Shown piece after piece: positions 24,050 to 36,790 of a DNA stretch of 50,368 bases. A model generated the notes under the pieces. That model was given only the letters and a program-made list of their open reading frames with translations. It ran no database searches and had not been told where the DNA came from. The translations under genes and the position numbers were made by a program. How positions within the stretch are numbered: position 1 is the first letter of the stretch; each line of letters begins with the position of its first letter. The DNA comes from Octopus bimaculoides (taxonomy: Eukaryota), in assembly GCF_001194135.2 (NCBI RefSeq), contig NC_068987.1:98967657-99018024 (forward strand), given 5' to 3'.

Positions 24050-24900
24050 TGATGTTGTTGTTTTTGACATCGGACGTGTTTGCGGCAATTTGGTGACGCT
24101 GTTTCGTTGTACACTTCTTCCAACTTGTTAACGCAAGCACCAGAAACCCGTCACTGGCCTTCCTGCGTTTATTTTAGTCCCTTGCAGGGCTATATTCGGC
24201 CCACCAAATAATTTCGGTGGGCGTGTAATCACTTACAATTCAACAAGATGGCTGAGCGCATCTTCAAAGAGTTAAGGAAAGACCTGCCACAAGCGCAGTT
24301 CTAGTAATTGCTGAAGATTTTTCCCCTTTCCTCCCTTACTGGCAATAATACAGGAGAAAGGGGGAGAAGAGTGAGGGTGTAAAAGTACATAGTTACAGCA
24401 GAGGCAAAATCAACGTCGACAGGGAGAGCGGCGGCGGCAGCAGTGACAGCAGAAGCGGCAGTAATTTCAGCAGCGGTGGAAATAGTAGTAGCGGTAACAA
24501 CAACAATAACAACAACATCAACAACAATGCGAGAAACAGCAACAGCAGCAGGAGCGGTGGCTAAGACAGTAATAGCAGTGATAGGGCTTTCTTTAAAAAT
24601 GCAACGGATTTTAGCGGATAAAAAAAGTTAATGCTAACATCGAAAGCGGAGAGGAGAAAAATAATGGTGACGGTGTTGGTGACGGCCATTGCGCCTCCAC
24701 GGTAGTGTGATGGACAAGGCTGAAAGGACTTAAGGCAGGCACTTTCCTCTTCGGCTGGGCCCTCATCAACTTTTTCACGTTCCACTTGAAAAGGAAATTG
24801 ACGGTTGTGAGGAAAGTATAAGTAACAATATTAATCAACTTCACTTCTTGAATAGGATTGTGATCTATTAAAAGATATATTCTTGGCTCCTCTGTTGGCC
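24050..24900. other. GC/CpG-elevated island with CAG/AAC low-complexity tracts (possible promoter or UTR exon)
   Basis: Locally GC-richer than the surroundings; caagATGGCT at 24244-24253; hairpin gcccacc/ggtgggc at 24199-24222. Confidence 0.35.
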
Positions 24901-25434
24901 AGTCTCGATATTTGATCTGTGAAGAAGCAAGCATTTTGCTCAAAACCTTTGCAAGTTGAGAGATACGTTAATTGCAATCCATTGATGTTTCTTTCTTCTT
25001 CATTTGTATCGAATGGTTCCTTAAAATATTTAATTCATTAAGAAATTGTTTGCAGTAATATGTAACCCAAAATTCCAATCAATACTAGATGAAAACCAGA
25101 GCGGAACATTTTACGAACTCTGCCAGCCGTGGTTGGAACAATAGATATATAGTGCCGCCTGTAGGAACATTCTCACGTTTAGTTTGTAGAGAACATGGAG
25201 GAAAATAACATTGAAAATTTCATTCGAAATTAAAGCTTAAGCAAAGCGTAGACTTGTTTTCTGTTATTTTAGGATATGAGGGAATGTATACGAAAGGCAA
25301 AATATCTATAGAACACTATTGCAAAAAGAGACAATTCCCGATAGAAATAACAGAGTTGTATTGGTGCTAATGACGTTATGTCTACTACCGCCATTACGCA
25401 TCCTACATTTATGACTACTGCTACTTTTGCAGCG

Positions 25435-25478
25435 TCAGGAGTTGTTGTAAGTAACAGTAGAAGTAGCAGCAGCAGCAA

Positions 25479-25511
<33 letters not shown>

Positions 25512-25543
25512 ATGGTGGTGATTAAGATGATGGTAAATAGGAC

Positions 25544-25575
<32 letters not shown>

Positions 25576-25600
25576 CGATGATGATGATGATGATGATAAA
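25435..25600. repeat. Compound trinucleotide array (AGC)(AGT)(GGT)(GAC)(GAT)
   Basis: Direct reading. Confidence 0.9.
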
Positions 25601-25807
25601 GACGATGGCGATGAATTGATGTAAATAAATAAACATATATGGCGATTGATAACATCAGAGTTTTGAGTTCAAAGGAATAGGCATATCAAGGAAATATTTC
25701 TAGTAGTGAACATGAAATTCATTAAGAAAACAAAACAAAAAAATACCTCAGAAAACACGGCATCAGAACAGACATGGCGAAACATACACTAGATAACCTT
25801 AGATCTA

Positions 25808-26410
25808 TTCTTTTATTCTTTTATTTGTTTCAGTCACTTGACTGCGGCCATGCCGGAGCACCACCTTTAGTCAAGCAAATCGACCACAGGACCTTATGTT
25901 TTCGTAAGCCCGTACGCCTAGTGATTGTTCTATCGGTTTATTTGCCAAGCCCCTAGGTTACGGGGACATAAACACACCAACATCGATCGTCAATTGATGG
26001 TAGGGGGACAAACACAGGCACACAAACNNNNNNNNNNNNNNNNNNNNNNNNNNNNNNNNNNNNNNNNNNNNNNNNNNNNNNNNNNNNNNNNNNNNNNNNN
26101 NNNNNNNNNNNNNNNNNNNNNNNNNNNNNNNNNNNNNNNNNNNNNNNNNNNNNNNNNNNNNNNNNNNNNNNNNNNNNNNNNNNNNNNNNNNNNNNNNNNN
26201 NNNNNNNNNNNNNNNNNNNNNNNNNNNNNNNNNNNNNNNNNNNNNNNNNATATATACGATGGGTTTCTTTTAGTTTCCGTCTGCCAAATCCACTCACAAG
26301 GCTTTGGTCTGCCCGAGGCTATAGTAGAAGACACTTGTCCAAGGTGACACGCAGTGGGACTGAATCCTAGACCATGTGGTTGATAAGGAAGTTACTTACA
26401 ACACAGCCAT
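25808..26410 (-). mobile_element. SINE family B, near full length, spanning gap 26028-26249
   Basis: ttgtttcagtcacttgactgcggccatgccggagcacc...gaagacacttgtccaaggtgacacgcagtgggactgaatcc..accatgtggttg. Confidence 0.9.
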
Positions 26411-27052
26411 ACCAGAGACAAGATAGACAGAATCAACAGCAAGCATTCATTTTTTCAGAATCTATGTAAGACCAATATCAGTGATAAACCACATATACTT
26501 GCAGAACAGACAAATGGTGATTCTAAGTGTTACAAGTAATGGTTTAATATGCTACAAATCACAATCCATAAGATTCATTGGATAATGCAGTCATAGATAT
26601 ATTATGTATGAATAGAATGGAAAAAAATGTCAGAGATGGAATTTTTTGATAATATATTTGACAGATCAGAGCTAGCATGGCATTGGAAAGACATCAAGAA
26701 GAAAAACAACAAATCATATTTTAATGATAGTAATCATGTTGCAGGTGTAATGGTTAGAATCCTGTCAATTGTTTTGTCATCTAGAAGTGTTTTACTTTCC
26801 ACTCTATTGCTGTCATCCATTAGGCAGGCAACCGTCATCGATTTCACTTCTAAGAGGATGAAATGTTTATACAATGAACCAGTATTAAATTCAGAGTAAA
26901 ATATTCATTAAGACCGAAGCCACATCAATTGATTTGTTACAAATAATTCTGTTTATCAACTCTTGTTTCACTCAAATATGGCTTTTTTTCTACATCCAGG
27001 ACCAATGAAACAATTATCTCTAATATATTGATGTCATTAACGTGGCAATATC

Positions 27053-27912
27053 TACAATTTTACCAAATTTGCTTTCGAAATTGAATGTAATGTTTTTAGC
27101 TCCATGTTGACGTATGAACAGGAAAATTCCCGGTGTTTAGCATCACAAGGTAGGAGGACTGAAAGGCGGTGAGCTGGCGGAATTGTTAGCACGCCGGTTG
27201 GAATGCTTAACGGCATTTCACCCGTCTTCACGTTCAGTGTTCAAATTCCGCCGGGTTCGACTTTGCCTTTCACCCTTTCGGGGTCGATAAATTAAGTACC
27301 AGTGAAACACTGGGGTCCATGTAATCGACTAGTCTCCTCCACCAAAATGTCAAGGACTTGTGCATTCAGGAGAAAAGAATAACTACAATTTTACCAAATT
27401 TGCTTTCGAAAATGAATGTGTTTTTTGCTTGATGTCAACATATGAGCAGGAAAGTTCACAGTGTTTGGCATCACAAAATAGGAGACAGAAAGGCGGTGAG
27501 CTGGCAGAATCATAAGCACACCGGGCGAAATGCTTAGCGGTATTTCGCCTGCCGTTACGTTCTGAGTTCAAATTCCGCCGAGGTCAACTTTGCCTTTCAT
27601 CATTTCGGGGTCGATAAATTAAGTACCAGTTACGCACTGGGGTCGATGTAATCGACTTAATTCCTTTGTCTGTCCTTGTTTGTCCCCTCTATGTTTAGCT
27701 CCTTGTGGGCAGATAAGAATCATAAGCAAGCCGGGTGAAATACTTCGTGGTATTTCGACCGTCTCTACGTTCTGAATTCAAACTCCGCCGAGGTCGACTT
27801 TGCTTTACATCCTTTCGAGGTTCGATCAAATAAGCACCAGTCAAACACTGGGGTCGATGTAATTTAATTGCACCTTTTCCCAAAATGTCAGGCCTTGTGT
27901 ATTTTAGTAGAA
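27053..27912 (+). mobile_element. Three family A SINEs within an old tandem duplication
   Basis: Flank ctacaattttaccaaatttgctttcgaaa repeated at 27052 and 27383. SINEs at about 27162-27380, 27490-27712 and 27716-27912. Confidence 0.85.
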
Positions 27913-28129
27913 CAGTAGGAGACAGAAGGAGAGAGAAAGAGTGAGACGGAGGGAAAGAAAAAGAGTGATTGAGAGAGAACAAGAAAGAAGGAGAAAAAGA
28001 GAAAGAGAGAGAGTTGGGAGAGAAAAATGACTGGAGAAAAGAGTATGTGTTGGTAAACGAGAAAGTCGTTGTATACACGTTGATAGGTGAGGAAAACAAT
28101 ATATATTCTTAAGTTTGTTTTTCGTTGGC

Positions 28130-28504
28130 TCTCCGTCGCTTACGACGTCGAGGGTTCCAGTTGATCAAATCAACGGAAGAGCCTGCTCGTGAAATTAACG
28201 TGCAAGTGGCTGAGAACTCCACAGACACGTGTACCCTTAACGTAGTTCTAGGGGATATTCAGCGTGACACAGTGTGACAAGGCTGACCCTTTGAATTACA
28301 GGCACAACAGAAACAGGAAGTAAGAGTGAGAGAAATTTGTGGTGAAAGAGTACAGCATGGTTCGCCACCATCCCCTGCCGGAGCCTCGTAGAGCTTTAAG
28401 TGTTTTCGCTCAATAAACACTCACAACGCTCGGTCTGGGAATCGAAACCACGATGCTATGACCGCGAGTCCACTGCCGTAACCACTGCTCCATTGCGCCT
28501 CCAC
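28130..28504 (-). mobile_element. tRNA-derived SINE family C, near full length
   Basis: Minus-strand head gtggaggcgcaatggagcagtggtta..ggactcgcggtcat..ggtttcgattcccag (A and B boxes). Tail hairpin cgtcg-cttac-gacg. Confidence 0.9.
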
Positions 28505-28669
28505 TATTCTTAAGTATGAAGGATACAATAAAAGATGCCTTACATATTTATACATGAAGAAATGATGCATTCTTTGAGAGCATACTCGGTTATTGTCGGG
28601 TACTTTTACTTCCCAATATCCATACGCACGCATTCACAAGCATTCATATGGATATATGTGTGTTCATGT

Positions 28670-28685
28670 GTGTATGTGTTTGTGA

Positions 28686-28737
<52 letters not shown>

Positions 28738-29050
28738 ATGTGTGTATGGATGGGTGGGTGTGTTTCTGTGTGTATACACGCACACGCACGACAGTGTGAT
28801 GATCGCTTTTGTGAATCACTCGGTAACAGTTTGTGATATAATTTAAGCTTGAATAAAATACTATATATGCATATATACACACATATTATACAAATATACT
28901 TATATACATATATACACAAAACCATCCATATATATGCATTCGTATATATACACAAACACACACACATATATATATATATAGACGTATATATTTACGTGTA
29001 TATACATGCACATGTATTCATATATATGAATATGCATGTATAGAAGTATA
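28670..29050. repeat. (TG)n and degenerate (TA/CA)n block
   Basis: Direct reading. Confidence 0.9.
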
Positions 29051-29734
29051 TATCTAATACGTATACAGGTAAATAGTTAAATATGTACATATGCATGAGA
29101 TTTTATGTGTGGATCATATGCATAGTAACTTACATATAATCACATATAAGCTTATGCTTGCTATATGTGTGCATGTGTGATTGTATGAGTGTATACGTGT
29201 ATTCAAAGACGAACACGTGAACATTAATATTACATGAAATATAAAGACAAAAGATGTACACATTTATATACATACATGCGCAGAACAATGATGCAGAAAG
29301 ACACTCGTATATTCATAGCGCATACATATACATACGACCAATGAAAACAGTCGTATGGGGAAGCTATAGAAAAGTAAGAGATAATTCCAAATATAGACTG
29401 GAAATATAAATGAAATCAGTTAGTTCATTTGTGGTGTTTATTAATTTTGTCTGATTTCAAATGTGATTGTACGGAATTAGGTTTGCTTGATTCTTTACTC
29501 CGTCTAATAATTCCATAGAACTCTGAACAAATGAGAATTCATATAATAGTATATAAGGTTATCTTCTGAATGGTCACACAATAGCGTAATTCTAATAAAT
29601 GTTGCCGAATAATGTTACTATAAATATGTATTTTTATATATGAATACATTTGTAGAACTATATGTTCAGCCATAGAAATATAAATCTATATATACATACA
29701 TACATACGTATATATTGACACATATAGAAAGACG

Positions 29735-29766
<32 letters not shown>

Positions 29767-31607
29767 NNNNNNNNNNNNNNNNNNNNNNNNNNNNNNNNNN
29801 NNNNNNNNNNNNNNNNNNNNNNNNNNNNNNNNNNNNNNNNNNNNNNNNNNNNNNNNNNNNNNNNNNNNNNNNNNNNNNNNNNNNNNNNNNNNNNNNNNNN
29901 NNNNNNNNNNNNNNNNNNNNNNNNNNNNNNNNNNNNNNNNNNNNNNNNNNNNNNNNNNNNNNNNNNNNNNNNNNNNNNNNNNNNNNNNNNNNNNNNNNNN
30001 NNNNNNNNNNNNNNNNNNNNNNNNNNNNNNNNNNNNNNNNNNNNNNNNNNNNNNNNNNNNNNNNNNNNNNNNNNNNNNNNNNNNNNNNNNNNNNNNNNNN
30101 NNNNNNNNNNNNNNNNNNNNNNNNNNNNNNNNNNNNNNNNNNNNNNNNNNNNNNNNNNNNNNNNNNNNNNNNNNNNNNNNNNNNNNNNNNNNNNNNNNNN
30201 NNNNNNNNNNNNNNNNNNNNNNNNNNNNNNNNNNNNNNNNNNNNNNNNNNNNNNNNNNNNNNNNNNNNNNNNNNNNNNNNNNNNNNATGTATGTAGGTAT
30301 GTATGTTTGCATGTGTGTATGTATGCATGTATGTGTGTATATATGTGTTTATGCATACACTCAGTGATATATAAATACATTAATTTAATATAAATATATA
30401 CACATTTTTATATTTTTTATACGTGAACGTCTTTCTCTTCTTTTCAGTCTCACTCACTTTCTTTCTCCATTGCTACTGTTATTTCTCCCTCTTTCCTATG
30501 TATGTATGTATGTATGTATGTATGTATGTATGTATGCATGTATATATGTATGTATGAAATTATGCATGTGTACACGCACACACACACACAGATAAACATA
30601 CACATGCACACTTATATACACGCTCACACATGCACACAAATTTATCTGTCTGTGTCTTTCTGGAAACATACCTAATGTGCATTTACAATTCTATTATCGA
30701 TCTAAAAGTTATTTAACGCGATTGAGGAAAGACCGTCTTGTTTTGGACCTAACTTTTTATTAAAACTAGTGTTTTCCTTCATAAAAAGTAACGGAAAAAT
30801 AAAGAATAAAATAAAAATAATGAAATGTATGCAGAGATATATCTTTGCGAAGCTGCAGTATGTTCAAATCCGAAGCTTACATGATTATTCCATGACTTCA
30901 GGCAGTTATCTTTGACCATAATCTGGCACGTATTAGAAAGGCGCCAAAAGATAAAATCTGTTATGCTTCTTTGTACATTACTGAGTAATAACAAATATGA
31001 TATTGCATATAGTTTAAAACGAGTGTGACAAATGTATGACAGGTCGAAGTATCAAATGGACCCAGAATAATGTCATGTATTTATCGATATTTTGCAGGTA
31101 AAGTATAGTTTTCGAGATGGTGAAATAATGGGCAGCATAAACAATATGAAAACGATGGAAATATATGTCCTGACAGAATATCTAAGAAAACGATAGTTAG
31201 AGATAGCCCTGTATATCGTCTGCAGGTTCGTCTTCTTTTAATATTTTTAAATTTCTTCTTATGTGTTTCTTTCAGTTATTTCTCACAGGTAAGTTTCGGA
31301 AATCCAAACTCAGAACAGCATAATGCTAAAATAAGCTCACGTATACAATACAAAATATACAAGCAAAGGTATACACTTGAGATAGAAGATCAAACATGCA
31401 AATTCTGTCAGCACTAATCATAACTGCTCCGCCTTCTATAATGAAGTAAAAAACAAACACAATAGTAATTTATGAGAAATGAAACTATAAAGGTTTCACA
31501 TACTACTGACTGTGGATGTTTGAATATTACTGTTTCAATGAAAGCGAAACAAAGTCGTACGAAAACATGGCAAAAGCTAGATGATAACCTTCATTTCAAT
31601 ACAATAT

Positions 31608-31697
31608 ATGTATGCGTGTGTGTGTATGTGTGTGTGTGCGTGCGCGTGAGTGCGTGTGTGTGTGCGTGCGCGTGTGTGCGTGCGTGTGTGTGTGTGT

Positions 31698-31783
<86 letters not shown>

Positions 31784-31790
31784 ATGTGCA
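31608..31790. repeat. (TG)n microsatellite
   Basis: Direct reading. Confidence 0.95.
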
Positions 31791-32118
31791 TGGGTGTATC
31801 TTTGTATTTCGTACCTCTCTGTCAGATGAACTAAAATGAAAGGAACAAGAATCTACATCCCTTCATGACAACTGAAATTATCCAAATTCTGCTCCTGGTT
31901 TTTTTGTTGTTGAAACAGCACATTACCAGTTTCCTCGAAATCAAGATTTTATTTTATATATAGCAAGAAGTTCAGTGCCATAATTCTTCACTACTTCAGA
32001 AACGCCTTGTTTGATTTTTAGAAAATGAAAACACAATAGACGCGTCATTGGCTTCCACGTCTGCCTTGTTATTGATAAGCTCCTTGTATGTCTAGATGTT
32101 GATACTAATACAGTACAC

Positions 32119-32120
32119 TT

Positions 32121-32175
<55 letters not shown>
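32119..32175. repeat. (ACT)n microsatellite
   Basis: Direct reading. Confidence 0.95.
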
Positions 32176-32178
<3 letters not shown>

Positions 32179-32469
32179 TTGGTGATGTTGTCAGTTGGTG
32201 TAAGAACAGCCATATATTGTATGGCTAGCATAAATTCCTTGTAAAATATGTGTTGCTGTACATATATTTTCGTACTAGAATTTGGTCCTGGGTTTATAGA
32301 ATGATTAACGTCGGACAAAATAGCTTGCTCTTTTTCTCTCCGGCTTACTTTGCCTTTCGCGAGGCATAAAGAAAAATGGCATTGAAGTATTGGTTTCGAT
32401 ATTATCGACTAACCTCTACTAACCGTATATTTCAAGAGAGTTACCCATAAGCGAAACAATTACTGAGGG

Positions 32470-33060
32470 CAGTAAAGTGGTGAGCTGGCAGAAACGTTAG
32501 CACGCCGAGCGAATGCTTACCGGCATTTCGCCTGTCTTTACATTCTGAGTTCAAATTCTGCCGAGGTCGACTTTGCCTTTCATTCTTTCGGTGTCGATAA
32601 ATTAATTACCAGTTGTGTATTGGGGTCGATCTAATCGACTGGCCCCCTCCACTAAGATTTCGGGCCTTGTGCCTAGACTAGAAAAGAATTACAGTGTCTG
32701 CAGTGGATTGTCATACTCTCCAGAGCATCGCAGTATTCGACTCGGTTCTTAAATGTCGAGCTCAAAATTCAACCGTGTTCAACTTTGCCTTTTATCCTTT
32801 CGGGGTCGATAAAATAAAATACCTTAGGTTGATCCAAAGTTTGAAACCATTAAGCCTTCGAAGTGGCAGAATAAATAGCGAAGCCTAATTTTTTCCGACG
32901 CATTACCGTCTGAGTTCAAACTCCGCTGAGCCAGCTTAGCCTTTCCTCTTTCTGGGGGTTGATAAAATAAAGTACCAGTCTAGTAACTGGGCTTAAGTAA
33001 TCACAACTTGCTTCCTCCCCGTAAAGTTGTTATTATAGTACCAAAGTTAGAAAGAATTAT
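32470..33060 (+). mobile_element. Cluster of three family A SINE copies (about 32470-32685, 32720-32850 partial, 32860-33060 decayed)
   Basis: ggtgagctggcagaaacgttagcacgccg...gtcgataaattaattaccag; repeated ctttcggggtcgataaaat cores. Confidence 0.85.
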
Positions 33061-33305
33061 TATTATTACGGAATGATATAGCGTCATCTATTTGATGGTA
33101 AAATTTAATGCTTACATATCGGAAACATTTAGAATTTTGCATTAAGTCCACCAATGACATTTCTATCACTTCCGTATATGGAGAATTTGTTCTGAGTTGG
33201 GAGAAAAGAGAATCGTGTCCACATGCACGAATGTTGTAAACATCATGACACCGGATAGGTTTGACACCAGGATGATTGGCACTCTCCTTAATAAAGTACT
33301 ATGAG

Positions 33306-33715
33306 ATAATTCTTTCTGCTATAAGTACAAGGTTTAAAACTTTGAGCTTTCAGACGTTCTGGCTACTCGATTACATCGACCACCGGACTCAACTGGTACT
33401 TATTTTATTGACCTGGAAAAGATGAAATGCAAAGTCAATCTAGTCAAGGTGGAAGAGATGCCACGAGGCATTTTGTCCGGTTCGGAAACAATTCCGCCAT
33501 CATGTCACCTTGAAGTACTATACGATAATCTTTTCTACTCTAGGTGCAAGGCCCGTAATGTTTGGGGAGAGGCCAGTCGATTAGATCGATTCCAGTACGT
33601 ATCTGGTGCTTAATTTATCGATCCCGAAAGGATGAAAGGCAAAGTACGTAATGACAGACGAAATACCATTAAGCATTTCGCCCGGCGTACTAGCGTTTCT
33701 GCCAGCTCGTCACCT
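33306..33715 (-). mobile_element. Two family A SINE copies in reverse orientation (about 33306-33510 and 33526-33715)
   Basis: aactggtacttattttattgacc and ctggtgcttaatttatcgatcccgaaaggatgaaaggcaaagt...tagcgtttctgccagctc. Confidence 0.85.
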
Positions 33716-35516
33716 TGTACTAGTTGATAATAGGAGCAAGCATCAACCGCGGATAGACGGTAGTCGTGCAATTAAGCAAATAAGGAAGAAATCTGAGGCC
33801 TGGCAGTGATTGCTGTCGCTGAAATGAGAGCTTGAATAAAGTGCTTGCATTCTTGTTGAAGCTAGTTTTCCTGGTGGAAAGATAAGAAGAAGTTGTCAAT
33901 GTGACACAGAAGGAAAAACTAGTTGCGACAAAGATTATTTTTGAAAGAATTATATCAGACTGAGGATTGGTCACTACATACTTTTGGTAAAAGCATTGAC
34001 CGTTTTTGTTTTGCTTCTTTGATTTCTGTGGAAAAGATAAATTTCATTGTTCGATAGTATATTTTGCTGCCAGAAAGCACTACAAGTTATTTCGAGTGGT
34101 CATGGCTGATGATGAGCGGGCACTCGCTGAGACTGTTACAAATGGGAAGATTCACGAGCGAAGACGACGACGACGACGACGACGGCGTTGATAATAACAA
34201 TGACACATAGTGGTTGTACGTGATCATTGTTTGTGCGACACGCGTCTCTGTCTGTCTTCTTTTTTTTTTTTTTTTGACGTGGTCCCGGTTCAAGTGCAGA
34301 GGCAGTTTGGGTGCTTGATGTCTAGAGAATTGCCATGCGTCCACTGCACTGAAACGTCTCGAGAGGAAGCACAATGTAAATGATGTTTTGCAGTTTTTAC
34401 TAAGAGTTATAGTATGGTCGATAAGAAGAGAATGCACATTAGAGTCGTATAGTTCTTAGTGAACAGTGCATATAACAGTTAGTCGAGAAAAGCTGATACT
34501 GTCGTAGTAGCAGCAACAGAAATGGTGGAGAGCGACTGCAGGATCAACAATGGACAAATTTATTTTATTCCTTATGAATAAAAATCACATTTAAATTTAT
34601 GATTTATTTTTATAACAATATAGCCTTTTTTATATATGCGTTTAACAATATCTGTTTTTGAATGCAATATCTCTGAACGAAATAGGATATCATTCAATTC
34701 AACCTTCCGTCTGATAGTGTTTTATATCGATTACCTTCAGCTTTTGTGTGTCATCCTTTCTTTCACAGATAAAAATGTATCATGTTTCAGTTGTAGTAGT
34801 GCTTTTCTTTTTTAAATGTTTGACATTTTTTCTAAAATTACTGTGAAACACACTCAAGTTAGTGACATTAGCCAAACAACCATAAACTAGCATTTATGTT
34901 ATTTTCTTGAAAAGTTAAATATGCACATATATGAAGTTAGTTATATTAATACAACATATAGCTATCCTTGTATTCCCAGTGACACCAACATCATTGGAAT
35001 AGAAGTTAAGAATAAGCGTGCATCTAAGGGAAATGCAAATTATAAATCTTTAATTATAAATGCAAACAATAAGTGCTATTGAGTTATTGCATAATTATCT
35101 TATTTTATAGTCATATCTATTTTGATGCTCTTCAAAATAGTTTTAATTACTGAACAATAGCAACCATTTTATGATAATCTGCGTTTCGTGCATGGTTTTC
35201 CAGTGAATTCTATAATAAAGAACGCTTTATTCCTCTCTTCATCGCAATATGACAAATTTATAAGAATGGCATATAAAACGATTAAACACATAATACATTG
35301 CCTGAAATGTTTATCGAACCCGTATCGATAAAAATAGTACACACCTAAGTACAATTAGGACTGAGTACATAGCGAAAAATAATTGCATTATTTTCTGACA
35401 GTTCATACAAGAAATGGTTTTGCATTTGCGGGTAGTCTGAAACAATATCAATAATTCTGTAGAAATACATATTTAAGACTTACGGTATCAGAACAAACCA
35501 ATATTTTTCACTTTTA

Positions 35517-35945
35517 AGGCGGCGAGCTGGCAGGAACGTTAATACGTTGGACGAAATGCTTAGCGGTATTTCGTATGTCTTTACGTTCTGAGTTCAAATT
35601 CCGCCGAAGTTGACATTGCCTTTCATCCTTTCGGGGTGGATAAATTAAGTACCAGATGCTTACTGGAGTCGATCTAATCAACAACCCCCCTCCCCAAAAT
35701 TGTCCGGCCTTCTACCTATAGTAGAAAAAAATATTTGTCACTTTTAAAGTGCAGATCTGACAGAATCGATAACACGCTGGGCAAAATGCATCGCGATATT
35801 TAATCTGTCCTTAAGTATTCAGTCCATATTCCTCCGTGGTTGACTTTGCCCTTCAGCGTATTGTGATCGATAGAATAATTACTGTGGTCGATGCAATAGA
35901 TTTATCTCTCGCCTTAAATTACTGACCTTTTGCCAAAGTTTGAAA
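35517..35945 (+). mobile_element. Two tandem family A SINEs (second one decayed)
   Basis: ggcggcgagctggcaggaacgtt...ctttcggggtggataaattaagtacc; a second head gcagatctgacagaatcgataacacgctggg. Confidence 0.8.
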
Positions 35946-36424
35946 TCGACATTTGCCATTTTTGAAGAAAGTAACTTAGACTGTGTAGGAGAACATATAT
36001 GGAAACAATAAGAAGGGATTTATCTGCGATGTTGGTTAAAGACTATTGTATATCACATATATTTATATTACGTTAGAGGAGAAACAAAATGTATCATATT
36101 TTTAGTCCTCCTTTGGATTAAATTAGTGTTAATCTAAATCAGATGCAAATGCTTAATGGGTAGTAATGAGATATGTAAATTTTATGCATTAAATGATACA
36201 ACTGTTACTACATTTTATTATTTAACTGGATTGCGTCCAAAAAGTGAATCAGCCATCAAATGCATACTGGATTGAATTAAACGTAGGACATCGCAAAGTT
36301 GACAAAGAAAGCCAACTGAGGAATATTTGAATCAGCGAGTAAATGTAAACAACAAACTAAATACAACAGGAAAATTTGTAAGAAATTTGTCACTCTCTCA
36401 ATCTGTTTATCTGTATCTTTCAGC

Positions 36425-36427
<3 letters not shown>

Positions 36428-36507
<80 letters not shown>

Positions 36508-36686
36508 TCCCTCTCTCTGTATATATATATGTCTTCCATTATCTCTCTCCTCACCTCATTATATATCTATATCTATATATCTATATATCTCTCTCTCTCT
36601 ATATATATATATGTGTGTGTGTGTGCGTGCGTATGTGTGCATGTTTGTGTGTGTGCCTGCGTGTGTGTGTTTGTGTTTGTGTGTGC

Positions 36687-36731
<45 letters not shown>

Positions 36732-36790
36732 CACATATGTTACCGTATATCAATATATGTATGTGTCTGTGTGCGCTTGTTTGCATGAAA
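36428..36790. repeat. (CT)n(CA)n(AT)n(TG)n compound microsatellite
   Basis: Direct reading. Confidence 0.95.

Noticed and set aside
24660-24820. In-frame TGA (24708) before WTRLKGLKAGTFLFGWALINFF as a possible selenocysteine or readthrough ORF
   Set aside because: No start codon in frame, no recognisable homology and no SECIS-like structure seen.
34106-34130. CTGATGATGA...CTGA resembling a hammerhead core or C/D-box snoRNA
   Set aside because: No GAAA, and the C and D boxes are only about 11 nt apart with no terminal stem.
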